In this document: positions 17,896 to 29,521 of the stretch, piece after piece | How the letters are laid out: the number at the start of each line of letters is the position of its first letter | How positions within the stretch are numbered: the first letter of the stretch is position 1 | Origin: an uncultured Actinomycetes bacterium | Lineage (GTDB): Bacteria; Actinomycetota; Acidimicrobiia; Spongiisociales; ZC4RG35 | Reading direction: 5' to 3' | Assembly (NCBI GenBank): GCA_963730285.1 | Contig: CAVSQY010000001.1 | Coordinates: 140 to 64,139 of the forward strand | DNA length: 64,000 bases | Position numbers and translations under genes: made by a program | Notes under the pieces: generated by a model | Seen by the model: the letters and a program-made list of their open reading frames with translations, nothing else | What the model was told of the DNA's origin: nothing | Databases searched by the model: none

Positions 17896-18922
17896 CCACG
17901 CCCTCCGTGACCCGGAGAGTGTCGTCGAGCAGACCCTTCGACTGGGCCTCCTTGATATGTTGGATCCGGATCAAAGACCCAAGAAATTGCTCCTCGTCGA
18001 GCCCATGACCGGTGAATGCCCGATACAGCTCCTCCGCTCCGGCCCGGACCGTCCACTGTGGCTGGAATGCCGGCACGAGGTCATTTATCTTGGAGCAGTC
18101 GACCCGATAGTTCCTGATGTCCGGTCCCGCCTCGGTGGCCATCTCGAAATGCGCTCCTGGCACGACCTCCTCAACGATGGAGGCGACATCTCTGATCTGA
18201 TAGTTCTCCGCAGTCGCACCCACATTGAGCACCTGGTTGTGGATCTTCTCCCTTGGCGCCTCGATCATTGCCAGGAAGGCACGGGAGATGTCCTCAATGT
18301 GCACGAGGGGGCGCCACGGCGTGCCATCAGACTTCATGAGGACTCGGCCCTGGGTCACTGCATAGCCGACCATGTTGTTGACCACCAGATCGGCTCGGAG
18401 CCGCGCTGAGAGACCATAGGCGGTCGCATTTCGCAAGAAGACCGGGGAAAAGTCCTCCGTGGCCATCCGGGCAACGTCCCTCTCGACCAGGATTTTGGAC
18501 CATCCATAGGGGGTTACCGGGTTGACCTCGGACTCTTCGTCGACCCAGCCACCCGGGCTCGCCCCGTAGATACTGCAAGAGGAGGAGAAGATGAATCTGG
18601 TCACACCGACCATCGCGGCCAATCGGGCCAGCCGGACCGATGCCTGATGGTTGATCCCATAAGTGACTTCCGGAGCGAGATCGCCCACCGGGTCATTGCT
18701 GATCCCTGCGAGATGACAGATAGCATCGAAACCCTCCAGATCCTCGAGCTCGACGTCCCGGACATCCTTCCGGATCGCTGGGACCGGCTCGACGCCGGGG
18801 CCAAAGGTGCACTCCTCGAACATGAAGTTGTCGAGGCCGACCACATCGTGCCCGGCATCGGCGAGGAGCCTGCACATGATCGATCCTATGTATCCGGTGT
18901 GGCCGGTGACCAGTACCCGCAC
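17888..18922 (-). CDS. NAD-dependent epimerase/dehydratase (extended SDR)
   Basis: GHTGYIGS Rossmann motif and a YGWSK (YxxxK) catalytic motif, 344 aa. Confidence 0.8.
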   Translation of the reverse strand: MRVLVTGHTGYIGSIMCRLLADAGHDVVGLDNFMFEECTFGPGVEPVPAIRKDVRDVELEDLEGFDAICHLAGISNDPVGDLAPEVTYGINHQASVRLARLAAMVGVTRFIFSSSCSIYGASPGGWVDEESEVNPVTPYGWSKILVERDVARMATEDFSPVFLRNATAYGLSARLRADLVVNNMVGYAVTQGRVLMKSDGTPWRPLVHIEDISRAFLAMIEAPREKIHNQVLNVGATAENYQIRDVASIVEEVVPGAHFEMATEAGPDIRNYRVDCSKINDLVPAFQPQWTVRAGAEELYRAFTGHGLDEEQFLGSLIRIQHIKEAQSKGLLDDTLRVTEGVGA

Positions 18923-18923
18923 G

Positions 18924-19694
18924 TCAGTCCCACATCTGCCAGGGCGGGGAACCGCTGTCCCATAACGACTGCAAGCGAACCTTGTCCCGCAAGGTGTCCA
19001 TCGGTTGCCAGAAACCCTCGTGTTGGAACGCCATCAACTCGCCTTTTGCGGCAAGGCTTTCCATGGGGTCCTTCTCCCATTGCGTCTCGTCACCCTCGAT
19101 GTACTCGAACACCTCCGGCTCGCATACGAAGAACGCCCCATTTATCCATCCTGAGTCGATCGGCTTCTCGGTGAATTCGAGTACGCGACCGCCGTCCAAG
19201 ACCAGTTGTCCGAATCGGGGTGGTGGATGCACGGCCGTCACGGTCACCAGCTTTGCGTGGGAGCGGTGAAACTCGAGCAGTGCTTTCAAATCGACGTTCC
19301 CGACACCATCGCCCCAGGTCAAGAAAAAGGTTTCATCGCCCAGATAGGGGGCCAGCCGCCTGATGCGCCCTCCGGTGTTGGTCCACTGGCCGGTCTCCAC
19401 GAGATCCACGGTCCAACCCTCCGTCTCCCCATCGTCATAGAGATCGACGTCGCCCGTGCCCAGATCGACGCGCATGCTCCGAGCAGCACCGTGGTACTCG
19501 GTGAAGTAGCGACGGATGTAATCGCCCTTGTAGCCCAATGCCACGACGAAGTCACTGAAACCGAAATGATCGAAGTGACGCATGATGTGCCACAGGATCG
19601 GCCGCCCACCGATCTCGACCATCGGCTTAGGGCGTACCTCTGTTTCCTCGGCGAGACGCGTACCCATCCCGCCCGCGAGGATTGCGACCTTCAA
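18924..19694 (-). CDS. rfbF: glucose-1-phosphate cytidylyltransferase
   Basis: MKVAILAGGMGTRLAEETEVRPKPMVEIGGRPILWHIM is near-identical in pattern to the RfbF/DdhA N-terminus. Confidence 0.9.
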   Translation of the reverse strand: MKVAILAGGMGTRLAEETEVRPKPMVEIGGRPILWHIMRHFDHFGFSDFVVALGYKGDYIRRYFTEYHGAARSMRVDLGTGDVDLYDDGETEGWTVDLVETGQWTNTGGRIRRLAPYLGDETFFLTWGDGVGNVDLKALLEFHRSHAKLVTVTAVHPPPRFGQLVLDGGRVLEFTEKPIDSGWINGAFFVCEPEVFEYIEGDETQWEKDPMESLAAKGELMAFQHEGFWQPMDTLRDKVRLQSLWDSGSPPWQMWD

Positions 19695-19846
19695 TTGGCC
19701 TCCCTCTCTGCAAGCTCCCCACCCAGAGTGGCCATTATATCAGGGGGCCTGCCCGGCGAAATAGCCAGTCTGCGAGCGCCCGGTTGGGAAATGGCCCCGA
19801 CTGAATAGGATTTGTCTCGTCGGTTCGGCTTCGATGTGGGAGAGCC

Positions 19847-20737
19847 ATGGTGGGGAACGTGTTGATTTCTGTGGGATTGCCGGTCTTCAACGGCGACCAA
19901 TACCTGGAGGAGGCGGTTCGCTCGGTACTGGCGCAGACACACCACGAGCTCGAGCTCATCATCTCGGACAATGGATCGGACGACCGAACCCAGGAGATCT
20001 GCGAGTCCTTCGCCAAGGTGGACCCCCGTGTCCGCTATTTCCGCCACGATTCAAACCAGGGTGCGGCCTTCAACTTCAATTTCGTCCTCGACTCGGCAAG
20101 AGGCGACTACTTCAAATGGATGGCGCACGATGACGTGTGTCGATCGCGGTTCCTCGAGGTATGCCTACATGCCTTGCAGCGCGACCCGGATGCCGTAGTC
20201 GCGTATCCAAGCCCGATCGACATCGACAGCGCCGGCGCGGAGCTGGGGCCGGCGGACACGGGTTTGGGCCTGGATGATCCCGATCCGAACGAGCGATTTC
20301 GAAGGACCATGGCCAGGGCACACAAGTGCCTCGTGGTATTCGGCCTGATGCGGACAGCGATTCTCCAGACAACCTGCCGTCACGGTGACTATCCAGCGGC
20401 GGACCGTGTCCTCATCGGCGAGCTCGCCCTGCGCGGAAAGCTGGTCGAAGTCCTCGAGCCCGAGTTCCTTCATCGCGAGCACCCACAACGGTTCTCGATC
20501 TCGCACAAGACCATGGCCGATCAAGTCCGTTGGTTCGACCCACGCCGGGCGGACGGACGCTCCTACCCGACCTGGCGCCGTCTCGCCGAATACCTGAAGG
20601 CGATTGCCAGATCTCCACTGACTTGGCGTCAACGTCTGTCTGCTTTCACCTGGATGATGCGCTGGGCACTCGACCTGCGGGTTGAGCTTTTCGACGATCT
20701 CAGCCGCGCGCTGCGCCCCTCCCATTCCACGAACTAG
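19847..20737 (+). CDS. glycosyltransferase family 2
   Basis: GT-A fold motifs SVGLPVFNG and DNGSDD, plus a DxD region. It is divergent from the rfbF operon. Confidence 0.8.
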   Translation: MVGNVLISVGLPVFNGDQYLEEAVRSVLAQTHHELELIISDNGSDDRTQEICESFAKVDPRVRYFRHDSNQGAAFNFNFVLDSARGDYFKWMAHDDVCRSRFLEVCLHALQRDPDAVVAYPSPIDIDSAGAELGPADTGLGLDDPDPNERFRRTMARAHKCLVVFGLMRTAILQTTCRHGDYPAADRVLIGELALRGKLVEVLEPEFLHREHPQRFSISHKTMADQVRWFDPRRADGRSYPTWRRLAEYLKAIARSPLTWRQRLSAFTWMMRWALDLRVELFDDLSRALRPSHSTN

Positions 20738-20768
20738 AAGGGCCCGGTGCACATGCACCGGGCCCTTC
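20737..20768. terminator. bidirectional hairpin terminator between the GT2 gene and groEL
   Basis: GAAGGGCCCGGUGC-ACAU-GCACCGGGCCCUUC, a perfect 14-bp stem followed by UUGUGUU. Confidence 0.7.
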
Positions 20769-20789
20769 TTGTGTTGAATTGGCTTGGGT

Positions 20790-22430
<1,641 letters not shown>

Positions 22431-22441
22431 CTATCAGCTCC

Positions 22442-22732
22442 TCAACTAACTACGGCGAGAAGATCGCGCTCGGATAGAACGAGGTACTCCTCGGTGTCGA
22501 GCTTGACTTCGGTGCCGGCGAACTTGGAATAGAGAACCTTGTCCCCTACAGACACATCCATCGGGATGCGATCGCCATCGTCGTCGCGGGCACCGGGCCC
22601 GATTGCAACGACTTCGCCGATCTGGGGCTTCTCCTTGGCGGTATCGGGGATGACGAGACCCGAGGGAGTTCGCGCTTCTGCGTCCTCCGTCGGTTTCACC
22701 ACCACTCGATCACCGAGCGGCTGAAGCTTCAT
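22442..22732 (-). CDS. groES: co-chaperonin GroES
   Basis: [45 protein letters not shown]..., 96 aa. The start is trimmed to the internal Met. Confidence 0.95.
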   Translation of the reverse strand: MKLQPLGDRVVVKPTEDAEARTPSGLVIPDTAKEKPQIGEVVAIGPGARDDDGDRIPMDVSVGDKVLYSKFAGTEVKLDTEEYLVLSERDLLAVVS

Positions 22733-22774
22733 ATAACTGCTCCTCCTTGAAGCTCGATCTGTTTGATCATCGAT

Positions 22775-22801
22775 TTGGCACTCGACGAGCGCGAGTGCCA
22801 A
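22775..22801. promoter_or_regulatory. CIRCE operator (HrcA binding site), copy 1
   Basis: TTGGCACTC-N9-GAGTGCCAA, a perfect 9-bp inverted repeat with 9-nt spacer, 43 nt upstream of the groES start. Confidence 0.75.
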
Positions 22802-22809
22802 TGGCAACA

Positions 22810-22836
22810 TTAGCAGTCGTACGAATAGAGTGCCAA
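22810..22836. promoter_or_regulatory. CIRCE-like operator, copy 2 (imperfect)
   Basis: TTAGCAGTC-N9-GAGTGCCAA, with one mismatch in the left arm. Confidence 0.5.
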
Positions 22837-22876
22837 TCAGAATCTGAGCATGGTCCGCTCAGGTTTTCTGGCTAGC

Positions 22877-23893
22877 TCATCTAGGAGGCTCGCCGAGAAC
22901 CCTACCGGGATCGACATTCTCTGCCCAGTCGGTGATCCGGCCTACGGAGAGCCAATGCGCCCCGGCCACACCGATCATGGCCGCGTTGTCCGTGCACAAG
23001 ATAGGGTCGGGCAGGGCAAGCGTCACCTCTCGCTTCTCGGCCTCCTCGGCGAATCGTTGCCTCAACCGGCGATTGGCGAGGACGCCACCACCACCGCCAA
23101 CGGTACGAGCACCGGTCTCGTCGACCGCGGCGAAGGTCTTGTCCACCAGGACATCGACGATCGCCTCCTGTATCGAGGCGGCCGCGTCGGCCAACGACGG
23201 AAGGTCGCCGCTCTCCTTGGCCTTCTGCAGAAAAGTGATCACGGAAGTCTTGAGACCGGAGAAGGAGAAGTGGAAAGGCCGGTCGGACAGCGCCCTTGGG
23301 AACGCGATAGCGCCAGGATCGCCCCCGGTGGAAGCCTCGTCGATGGCCGGTCCTCCAGGGAAGCCGAGACCCATCACCCTGGCCAGCTTGTCGAACGCCT
23401 CCCCGGCCGCATCATCGATGGTCGAGCCCATGGTGTCGTACTCGCCCCAGTCACGGACGTGGACGATCTGAGAATGGCCCCCGGAAGCCAGCAGGGCCAC
23501 CATCGGCGGCTCGAATTCTTCGAATTGCAGACGAGGCGCCATGAGATGGCCTTCCATGTGATCGATGCCCACAAAAGGAAGGTGACGCGCCCAAGCCGTT
23601 GCTTTGGCAAAGCTGTGCCCGACCAGGAGAGCCCCCACGAGCCCAGGCCCTGCGGTGGCGGCCACCCCGTCGAGGTCATCGGGATGAACCCCGGCCTCTT
23701 TGAGAGCCAAATGGGTCAAGGATCTGATCGATTCGACGTGGGCACGAGCGGCAACCTCGGGTACCACTCCCCCGAATCGAGCGTGGAGGTCGACCTGTGA
23801 CGCCAGAACGTTCGAGAGCGGCTTGGTGCCTTGGACCACCGCAACCGCCGTCTCGTCACAAGAGGTCTCGAAGGCGAGGATGAGCGGTATCAA
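22877..23893 (-). CDS. tsaD: tRNA N6-adenosine threonylcarbamoyltransferase TsaD
   Basis: Kae1/TsaD family with metal-binding HxxxH (HMEGH). Confidence 0.92.
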   Translation of the reverse strand: MIPLILAFETSCDETAVAVVQGTKPLSNVLASQVDLHARFGGVVPEVAARAHVESIRSLTHLALKEAGVHPDDLDGVAATAGPGLVGALLVGHSFAKATAWARHLPFVGIDHMEGHLMAPRLQFEEFEPPMVALLASGGHSQIVHVRDWGEYDTMGSTIDDAAGEAFDKLARVMGLGFPGGPAIDEASTGGDPGAIAFPRALSDRPFHFSFSGLKTSVITFLQKAKESGDLPSLADAAASIQEAIVDVLVDKTFAAVDETGARTVGGGGGVLANRRLRQRFAEEAEKREVTLALPDPILCTDNAAMIGVAGAHWLSVGRITDWAENVDPGRVLGEPPR

Positions 23894-24405
23894 GTCAATT
23901 CGTCCAATCTCTCGATGTAGTCGGGTTCGTCGATGTCATGTGCCCAGAGGATCAAGGCGTCATCGTCGCTGTAGTAGCCCTTGCGCACACCCACCGGAGC
24001 GAGGTCGAAGGCCGAGTAGAGCTCCCGCGCCGCGGTGTTCCGGGCCCTCACCTCCAGGGTTAGGTGCCGGGAGCCGGCCGAGATCGCTCTCTTTGCCAGC
24101 TCGACCATGAGCCGGCGACCGATGCCCTTGCGCCTCGAGCCCGGAGCAACCATGAGCGTCGTCACGTGGGCCTCGTCACCCACCACCATTGCACCTGCAT
24201 AGCCGAGAAGCTTCTCGCCATATGCGGCCAGATAGATCCGGTTCTCGGCCACCAACTCGTCGTGGAACACGGCTTCACTCCAGGGAGATGACTGATGCGC
24301 CGCATCGAGTGCGGCGGCGGCCTCGACATCCTCCGCAAGCAGCGGGCGAATGAGGAGATGAGTCAACTCGCCGCCCACGGGCCCTCCTCTCTGAGCTTGG
24401 CCCAA
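23890..24405 (-). CDS. rimI: ribosomal-protein-alanine N-acetyltransferase
   Basis: GNAT fold with an acetyl-CoA motif [10 protein letters not shown]. It sits between tsaB and tsaD as in the conserved operon. The start is uncertain. Confidence 0.75.
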   Translation of the reverse strand: MGQAQRGGPVGGELTHLLIRPLLAEDVEAAAALDAAHQSSPWSEAVFHDELVAENRIYLAAYGEKLLGYAGAMVVGDEAHVTTLMVAPGSRRKGIGRRLMVELAKRAISAGSRHLTLEVRARNTAARELYSAFDLAPVGVRKGYYSDDDALILWAHDIDEPDYIERLDELT

Positions 24406-25073
24406 TTGATGGTGACGTCGGGCTCACGCATGTAGAGAGGGCGGACATCGTCCGGTGGCGGGTAGTCGTCCTTCTCGTACCTCCCTCTTGCCGCCTCGGC
24501 GAGGCTGACCGCGTACGGGTAGCGGGGCCTGCCCACCTTCACCCTGTGGAGACCACTGAGGAGGTTATCGGGGAGGGCACCCGTGTCACCTACCACCAGG
24601 CTCTGTTCCGGAGCCGACTCAAGTTGGGCCCGCAGGACTTCGGGGGTGACCAGCTCGGTCTGAGTCTCCCGGACGACGCCACCGGGCACAGGGTGATACC
24701 GGGCGACTGCGAACTCTCCACGACGGACATCGACCAAGGCCCAGATGAGCCGATGCCCGGTCCGCGCCTCCAACGCAATCGCGTCGACCGAGACCGCCGG
24801 GATGATGGGTATGCCGAATGCCGCTCCAAGACCTTGAGCCGTGGCAAGTCCGACGCGTATCCCGGTGTATAGGCCGGGTCCGATGTCCACCGCCACCGCA
24901 TCCAGATCGGAAGGGGACCAACCAACCTGGTCGAAGCAGAAATCGATGGCAGGGACCAGAAAGGTCGCATGGCCCACCCGATCGATGCGGGAAGCGGCGG
25001 CCAGGGTGGTGGCATCTTCGACCAAGGCCACAGATGCTCCCGGTGTCGATGTCTCGATGGCGAGGAGCTTCAT
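24363..25073 (-). CDS. tsaB: tRNA threonylcarbamoyladenosine biosynthesis protein TsaB
   Basis: MKLLAIETSTPGASVALV is the YeaZ N-terminal signature. Confidence 0.85.
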   Translation of the reverse strand: MKLLAIETSTPGASVALVEDATTLAAASRIDRVGHATFLVPAIDFCFDQVGWSPSDLDAVAVDIGPGLYTGIRVGLATAQGLGAAFGIPIIPAVSVDAIALEARTGHRLIWALVDVRRGEFAVARYHPVPGGVVRETQTELVTPEVLRAQLESAPEQSLVVGDTGALPDNLLSGLHRVKVGRPRYPYAVSLAEAARGRYEKDDYPPPDDVRPLYMREPDVTINWAKLREEGPWAAS

Positions 25074-25522
25074 CCCAGGCCCTCCAAATCGCGCTCGGCC
25101 CACGAGCCCGTCGGATTGAACCGCAATGTGCGTGCATCGTCCTCATCGACTTGGAAATCGATCCGGAGATGGTCCTCGGGGGTGGCCGCCTCCACCGCGT
25201 CACCCCACTCGATGACCAGAACCCCATCACGCGCAAGTTCGAAGACGTTCAGGTCGTCGAACTCATTGAGCGAAGAGAGGCGATAGACGTCGGCGTGCAC
25301 TAGAGGGAGAAATCCGGAAAGGTACTGGCGAACCAGGATGAAACTTGGGCTCACAACCGTCTCTTCAACGCCCAGCCCGGCGGCGAGACCGCCGGCAAAC
25401 AGCGTCTTGCCGGCGCCGAGACCACCGGCAAGGACGAGCACATCCCCGGGGCGCACGGAGGCAGCCAGCTTCCTGGCCACCGCACGGGTGTCTGCTTCTG
25501 TAGGGCAATGGAGCTCGATCAT
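25070..25522 (-). CDS. tsaE: tRNA threonylcarbamoyladenosine biosynthesis ATPase TsaE
   Basis: P-loop LAGGLGAGKT; 150 aa YjeE family. Confidence 0.85.
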   Translation of the reverse strand: MIELHCPTEADTRAVARKLAASVRPGDVLVLAGGLGAGKTLFAGGLAAGLGVEETVVSPSFILVRQYLSGFLPLVHADVYRLSSLNEFDDLNVFELARDGVLVIEWGDAVEAATPEDHLRIDFQVDEDDARTLRFNPTGSWAERDLEGLG

Positions 25523-26151
25523 CTGAACAGCTCCATTTGAGCAGCATCACCGGGATCTTCTGGCTCTGGAGCGATGTTCTCTGCCTCATCGAGCACCCTG
25601 TCGATCAGGGCGAAGTCCTCACGCATCTGATTGGCGACCCGGTCTCCGCCCCTCAAGGCCGCGGCAGGATGGAAGGTCGGGATGAGGGTGGACCCCAGCC
25701 ACCAGGGATACCGCTGTCCTCTGAGTCGCGTTATCCCGGTTTCGGTATTGAGCAGGAGTTTGGTGGCGAAGTTGCCCAGGGTTGCCACCACAACGGGGGC
25801 AACGAGGCGTATCTGGTCGCGCAAATAGCCCTTGCACTGATCGATCTCCTCGGGGTGAGGGTCGCGGTTTCCCGGGGGACGGCACTTCAAAACATTGGCT
25901 ATGTAGACCTGTTCGCGGATGATGCCGATCTCCGCCAGCAGGCTGTCGAGGAGTCGCCCGGCAGCCCCTACGAACGGCTCACCCTGGAGATCTTCGTTTT
26001 TGCCGGGTGCCTCCCCCACCAACATCAACCTGGCCTCGGGGTCCCCAACACCAAAGACCACCTGTGTGCGGGTCTGCGAAAGGGCGCACTTGGTGCAGAC
26101 AAGAGCGGTCTCCCTCAGGCGCCCCAGTACTTCGATGCTCTCCGTCGACAC
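25519..26151 (-). CDS. uracil-DNA glycosylase, family 4
   Basis: GEAPG motif, Fe-S cysteines (CTKCAL ... C) and an HPAA-like motif HPAAALR. Confidence 0.85.
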   Translation of the reverse strand: MSTESIEVLGRLRETALVCTKCALSQTRTQVVFGVGDPEARLMLVGEAPGKNEDLQGEPFVGAAGRLLDSLLAEIGIIREQVYIANVLKCRPPGNRDPHPEEIDQCKGYLRDQIRLVAPVVVATLGNFATKLLLNTETGITRLRGQRYPWWLGSTLIPTFHPAAALRGGDRVANQMREDFALIDRVLDEAENIAPEPEDPGDAAQMELFR

Positions 26152-26172
26152 CGTTCCATTGTGGCAAACAAG

Positions 26173-27054
26173 TCAGTGGCTGGCGCCAACTGCCCGGGTG
26201 ACTGCCTCGGCAGTGGCGCCAAATGCGGCCTCGGCCAGAGCCTCGAGATCCGGGTCCCTATTGCCGCATGAGACCGTGAAGACGATGTCACCGTCGAACC
26301 GGGTGTGGGCCGGCCGGATGCAGACTGCCAATGCATCGTTGGAACGCACGGCGAGACGACTCAACTCTGACCGACTCAAACGGGCGTCGGTCGCTATCAC
26401 CACCAATGTGGTGTTGGTCATGGGATCCGGAAGCACGGCAGGTGGCCCCGGTTCCGGGTCACCACCAGTCAGCGACTCCCCATTAATGGAGAAGACGTCC
26501 CCGACTGCGTTGAGCACGACCAGGGCGCCGACGCTGGACCCACCCACCGTCCTGACCGCGGAGCCCAAACCTCCCGGCACCATGTGCTCGAGGCCACGCC
26601 ACTTGGCCACCGTGGTACCGGTTCCCGCACCGATCCGGCCCTCCTTGACGGGCGCTCCAGTCGAGGCGAGGTATGCGCTCAGACCCTGATCGGGGCCGGG
26701 TCTGACTGAAGGATCACCCAAGAAGAGATCGAACACCACTGCGCTGGGGACTATGGGCACCCTGGCGACGGGGGTGACATGGCCCCTGCCGTCCGCTTCC
26801 AGGCCTCGCATGACACCATCGGCCGCAGCAAGCCCGAATGCACTCCCACCGGTGAGAAGGATCGCCTGTATCTGTTCCACCCTCATCCCGTGCTCGAGAA
26901 GTGCGGTCTCACGCGAGCCCGGGGCGGCGCCACGCACCTCGACCCCGGCGGTGTTCGGCTCGGGGAGAACGACCACGGTGCAACCTGTCAGGGCCTTCTC
27001 ATCGGACCAGTGCCCGACGAGCACTCCCTCGATGGCGGTGATGGTGTCATTCAT
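26173..27054 (-). CDS. P1 family peptidase (DmpA/OAT-like, S58)
   Basis: AIEGVLVGHWSD ... LLTGGSAFGL self-processing region. Confidence 0.7.
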   Translation of the reverse strand: MNDTITAIEGVLVGHWSDEKALTGCTVVVLPEPNTAGVEVRGAAPGSRETALLEHGMRVEQIQAILLTGGSAFGLAAADGVMRGLEADGRGHVTPVARVPIVPSAVVFDLFLGDPSVRPGPDQGLSAYLASTGAPVKEGRIGAGTGTTVAKWRGLEHMVPGGLGSAVRTVGGSSVGALVVLNAVGDVFSINGESLTGGDPEPGPPAVLPDPMTNTTLVVIATDARLSRSELSRLAVRSNDALAVCIRPAHTRFDGDIVFTVSCGNRDPDLEALAEAAFGATAEAVTRAVGASH

Positions 27055-28129
27055 GAAGATATCTCCGAGGCACACGGGGCCCTATGCCGCAAACGATCTC
27101 GTAAGAGACGGTGCCGAGAGCCCTTGCCCATTCGTCTGCGTCGATAGTCTCATCGCCCTGGGTTCCGAGAAGGACCACCTCGTCACCGACCGACACCTCC
27201 GATCCGGTGAGATCCAGGACCATCTGATCCATGGTGACCATCCCCGCCAGAGGACGTCTCTCGCCACCCACCAACGCCAGTGAGGTGTCCGATAGCCGCC
27301 GGGGAAAGCCGTCGGCATACCCGATCGGGACGGTCGCCACCAGGCCATCACGGGCAAGTGGGCGGATCCGGCCGTAGCTGGGACGTGCGCCGGCGGCGAG
27401 ATGCTCCACGTGAGAAACCCGGCTGACGATGCACATCGCAGGGTCCAGATCGACCACCTCCCTGGTCTCCGGGCAAGGATGGAGACCGTAGGTGCCAAGC
27501 CCGACTCGACAGAGGTCACGACGCGCTTCAGGAAAGAGAAGAGCGCCGGCGGTGTTGGCCATGTGGACCATCGGAACCTCAATTCCGTCGATCGCATCGT
27601 CGAATGACGCGATCTGGGACTTTGTGAATTCCGGATCTTCGTCAGCCACGGCGAAGTGAGTCCAGAGCCCTGCCAGGTCGAGATTTCCACTCGAGGCGAT
27701 GGCCGAAACCAGATCGGGGAGCATCTGGGGGCTCGCCCCGACACGATGCATTCCGGTATCCACCTTCACATGAACATCGCAAGAGCCGCCGGTGGAAGCG
27801 AGGGCCTCGACAAATGGGAGCGTGTAGACGGTCGGGGTCAAGCGCCATCTCGTCAACTGGGACGCATCCTCGGGTGGTGGCTCGGACAGGACCAAGATGG
27901 GTGCCTCCACGCCCGCCTCCCTGAGACGGGCTCCCTCCTCGACCAGCGCGACCGCCAGCCATGGCGCACCCGCCTCCTCGGCGGCCAGCGCGACCGGCAC
28001 GTCGCCATGCCCGTAGGCGTCGGCCTTGACCACGATGCACATCTCGGAGGGGGCGATGACATCGGCGATTCGCTCGATGTTGCGAGCAATGGCGGCTAGA
28101 TCTATCTCGGCATGGGTCGGTCTCACCAC
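27047..28129 (-). CDS. alr: alanine racemase
   Basis: PLP site VVKADAYGHG and the typical length and architecture. Confidence 0.9.
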   Translation of the reverse strand: MVRPTHAEIDLAAIARNIERIADVIAPSEMCIVVKADAYGHGDVPVALAAEEAGAPWLAVALVEEGARLREAGVEAPILVLSEPPPEDASQLTRWRLTPTVYTLPFVEALASTGGSCDVHVKVDTGMHRVGASPQMLPDLVSAIASSGNLDLAGLWTHFAVADEDPEFTKSQIASFDDAIDGIEVPMVHMANTAGALLFPEARRDLCRVGLGTYGLHPCPETREVVDLDPAMCIVSRVSHVEHLAAGARPSYGRIRPLARDGLVATVPIGYADGFPRRLSDTSLALVGGERRPLAGMVTMDQMVLDLTGSEVSVGDEVVLLGTQGDETIDADEWARALGTVSYEIVCGIGPRVPRRYLHE

Positions 28130-29496
28130 GCGAATCTCCGAACGTGCTCGACCAGATCGGAGGCGGTCACCGTGCCGCTCTGCCTCAGGTCATATCCCGC
28201 GACACCGTGCCAGTAGGCGGCAGACACTGCGGCAATTCGCCCGGCCAGCCCACGAGCCATGAGCGCGCCCAGCATCCCGGCGAGAACGTCCCCGGTGCCG
28301 ATGGTGGCCAGCTCGGCGCCACCCGTATTGACCAATATCGGGAAGTCGCCACCGTCAGTGATCACCGTCGGGCTGCCCTTGAGCAACACGACGATCTCCT
28401 CATCCGCGGCGAAGGCCCGTGCCGCAAAGACGCCTGGCTCTGCACCTGCCAGCCGCTCGAACTCGGACGCATGTGGGGTGACGACTACTTCGGATCCGTT
28501 CTCGCCAGCCTTCATGACCGCCTCGCGTGTCAACCCTCCGGCATCGAGGACGATTCGGTTTGCCTCGGCGAGAAGCGGGAGGTACTCGGCGAGGTGATCC
28601 GGGGACAATCCTGGCCCTGCGATCACAACGTCGAACTTGTCGAGCTGTTCTTCGGCCCTGGCCAAGCTGTAGGTCAACAGCTCGGGTGCCGCCGTGTTGA
28701 CCAGCTCCGATGCTGGAGAGACCAAGGCGACAGAGCCGGCGCCGAACGAGAGCGCCGACCGCCCGGCCATGATGGCCGCGCCGATCATCCCTGGCGAGCC
28801 CCCGACCACCAAGACGGCACCGGCCGACCACTTGTGGGCGTTGAGCGGCCGCGCCGGGCGGGGAGCATCGGCGACCTCGGCCATCCACATCGAAGGCGTT
28901 CCGCCGGAGATGCCGATGTCGACCACCGTCATAAGACCACACATTTCGGGCCCGCGACCCCGGACATGACCTGTCTTGAGAGTTTGGAAAGTCACCGTCT
29001 CGACACAGCGGAAAGAGGCCTCCTGAACCTGGCCGGTGTTGGGATCGAGGCCGGTTGGGTAGTCAACCGCGACGACGGGCGCCGCAGACTCGAGCCACGG
29101 AAGAATCTGACCGGGCATCCCACCCCTGACACCTCCGCCGAACAAGGCGTCGATGATCAGGTCACAACCTTCGACCGAGGCGTCGAGGGGTGCGATCCTC
29201 ACACCGGCGGCCGAGGCCATTCCCGCGGCACGGATGGCTTGAGGAGTGCGGGGCATTGCCAGTGAGCGCACTTCGACATGAATGCCGCGTTGGGACAGGT
29301 ATCGGGCGGCCACGTATCCGTCGCCGCCGTTGTTGCCCGGCCCGGTGAGGACCAGGACATTCGACCCATAGCCGGCCCCATGGCGGACCGCGGCAAGCGA
29401 GACGGCGTGCCCTGCACGATCCATCGCAACGTCGAGGTCTCCGGAGAACTCCTTGTCGACCCTGGTGTATTCGTCAGCGGTGAGAACCGGCTTCAC
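28123..29496 (-). CDS. nnr: bifunctional NAD(P)H-hydrate repair enzyme Nnr (epimerase + ADP-dependent dehydratase)
   Basis: N-terminal YjeF-N (GPGNNGGDG) and C-terminal carbohydrate kinase-like domain (GTGDVLAG). Confidence 0.85.
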   Translation of the reverse strand: MKPVLTADEYTRVDKEFSGDLDVAMDRAGHAVSLAAVRHGAGYGSNVLVLTGPGNNGGDGYVAARYLSQRGIHVEVRSLAMPRTPQAIRAAGMASAAGVRIAPLDASVEGCDLIIDALFGGGVRGGMPGQILPWLESAAPVVAVDYPTGLDPNTGQVQEASFRCVETVTFQTLKTGHVRGRGPEMCGLMTVVDIGISGGTPSMWMAEVADAPRPARPLNAHKWSAGAVLVVGGSPGMIGAAIMAGRSALSFGAGSVALVSPASELVNTAAPELLTYSLARAEEQLDKFDVVIAGPGLSPDHLAEYLPLLAEANRIVLDAGGLTREAVMKAGENGSEVVVTPHASEFERLAGAEPGVFAARAFAADEEIVVLLKGSPTVITDGGDFPILVNTGGAELATIGTGDVLAGMLGALMARGLAGRIAAVSAAYWHGVAGYDLRQSGTVTASDLVEHVRRFAW

Positions 29497-29521
29497 TCGA
29501 CGAGAGAGTAGTTCTGAAGCG

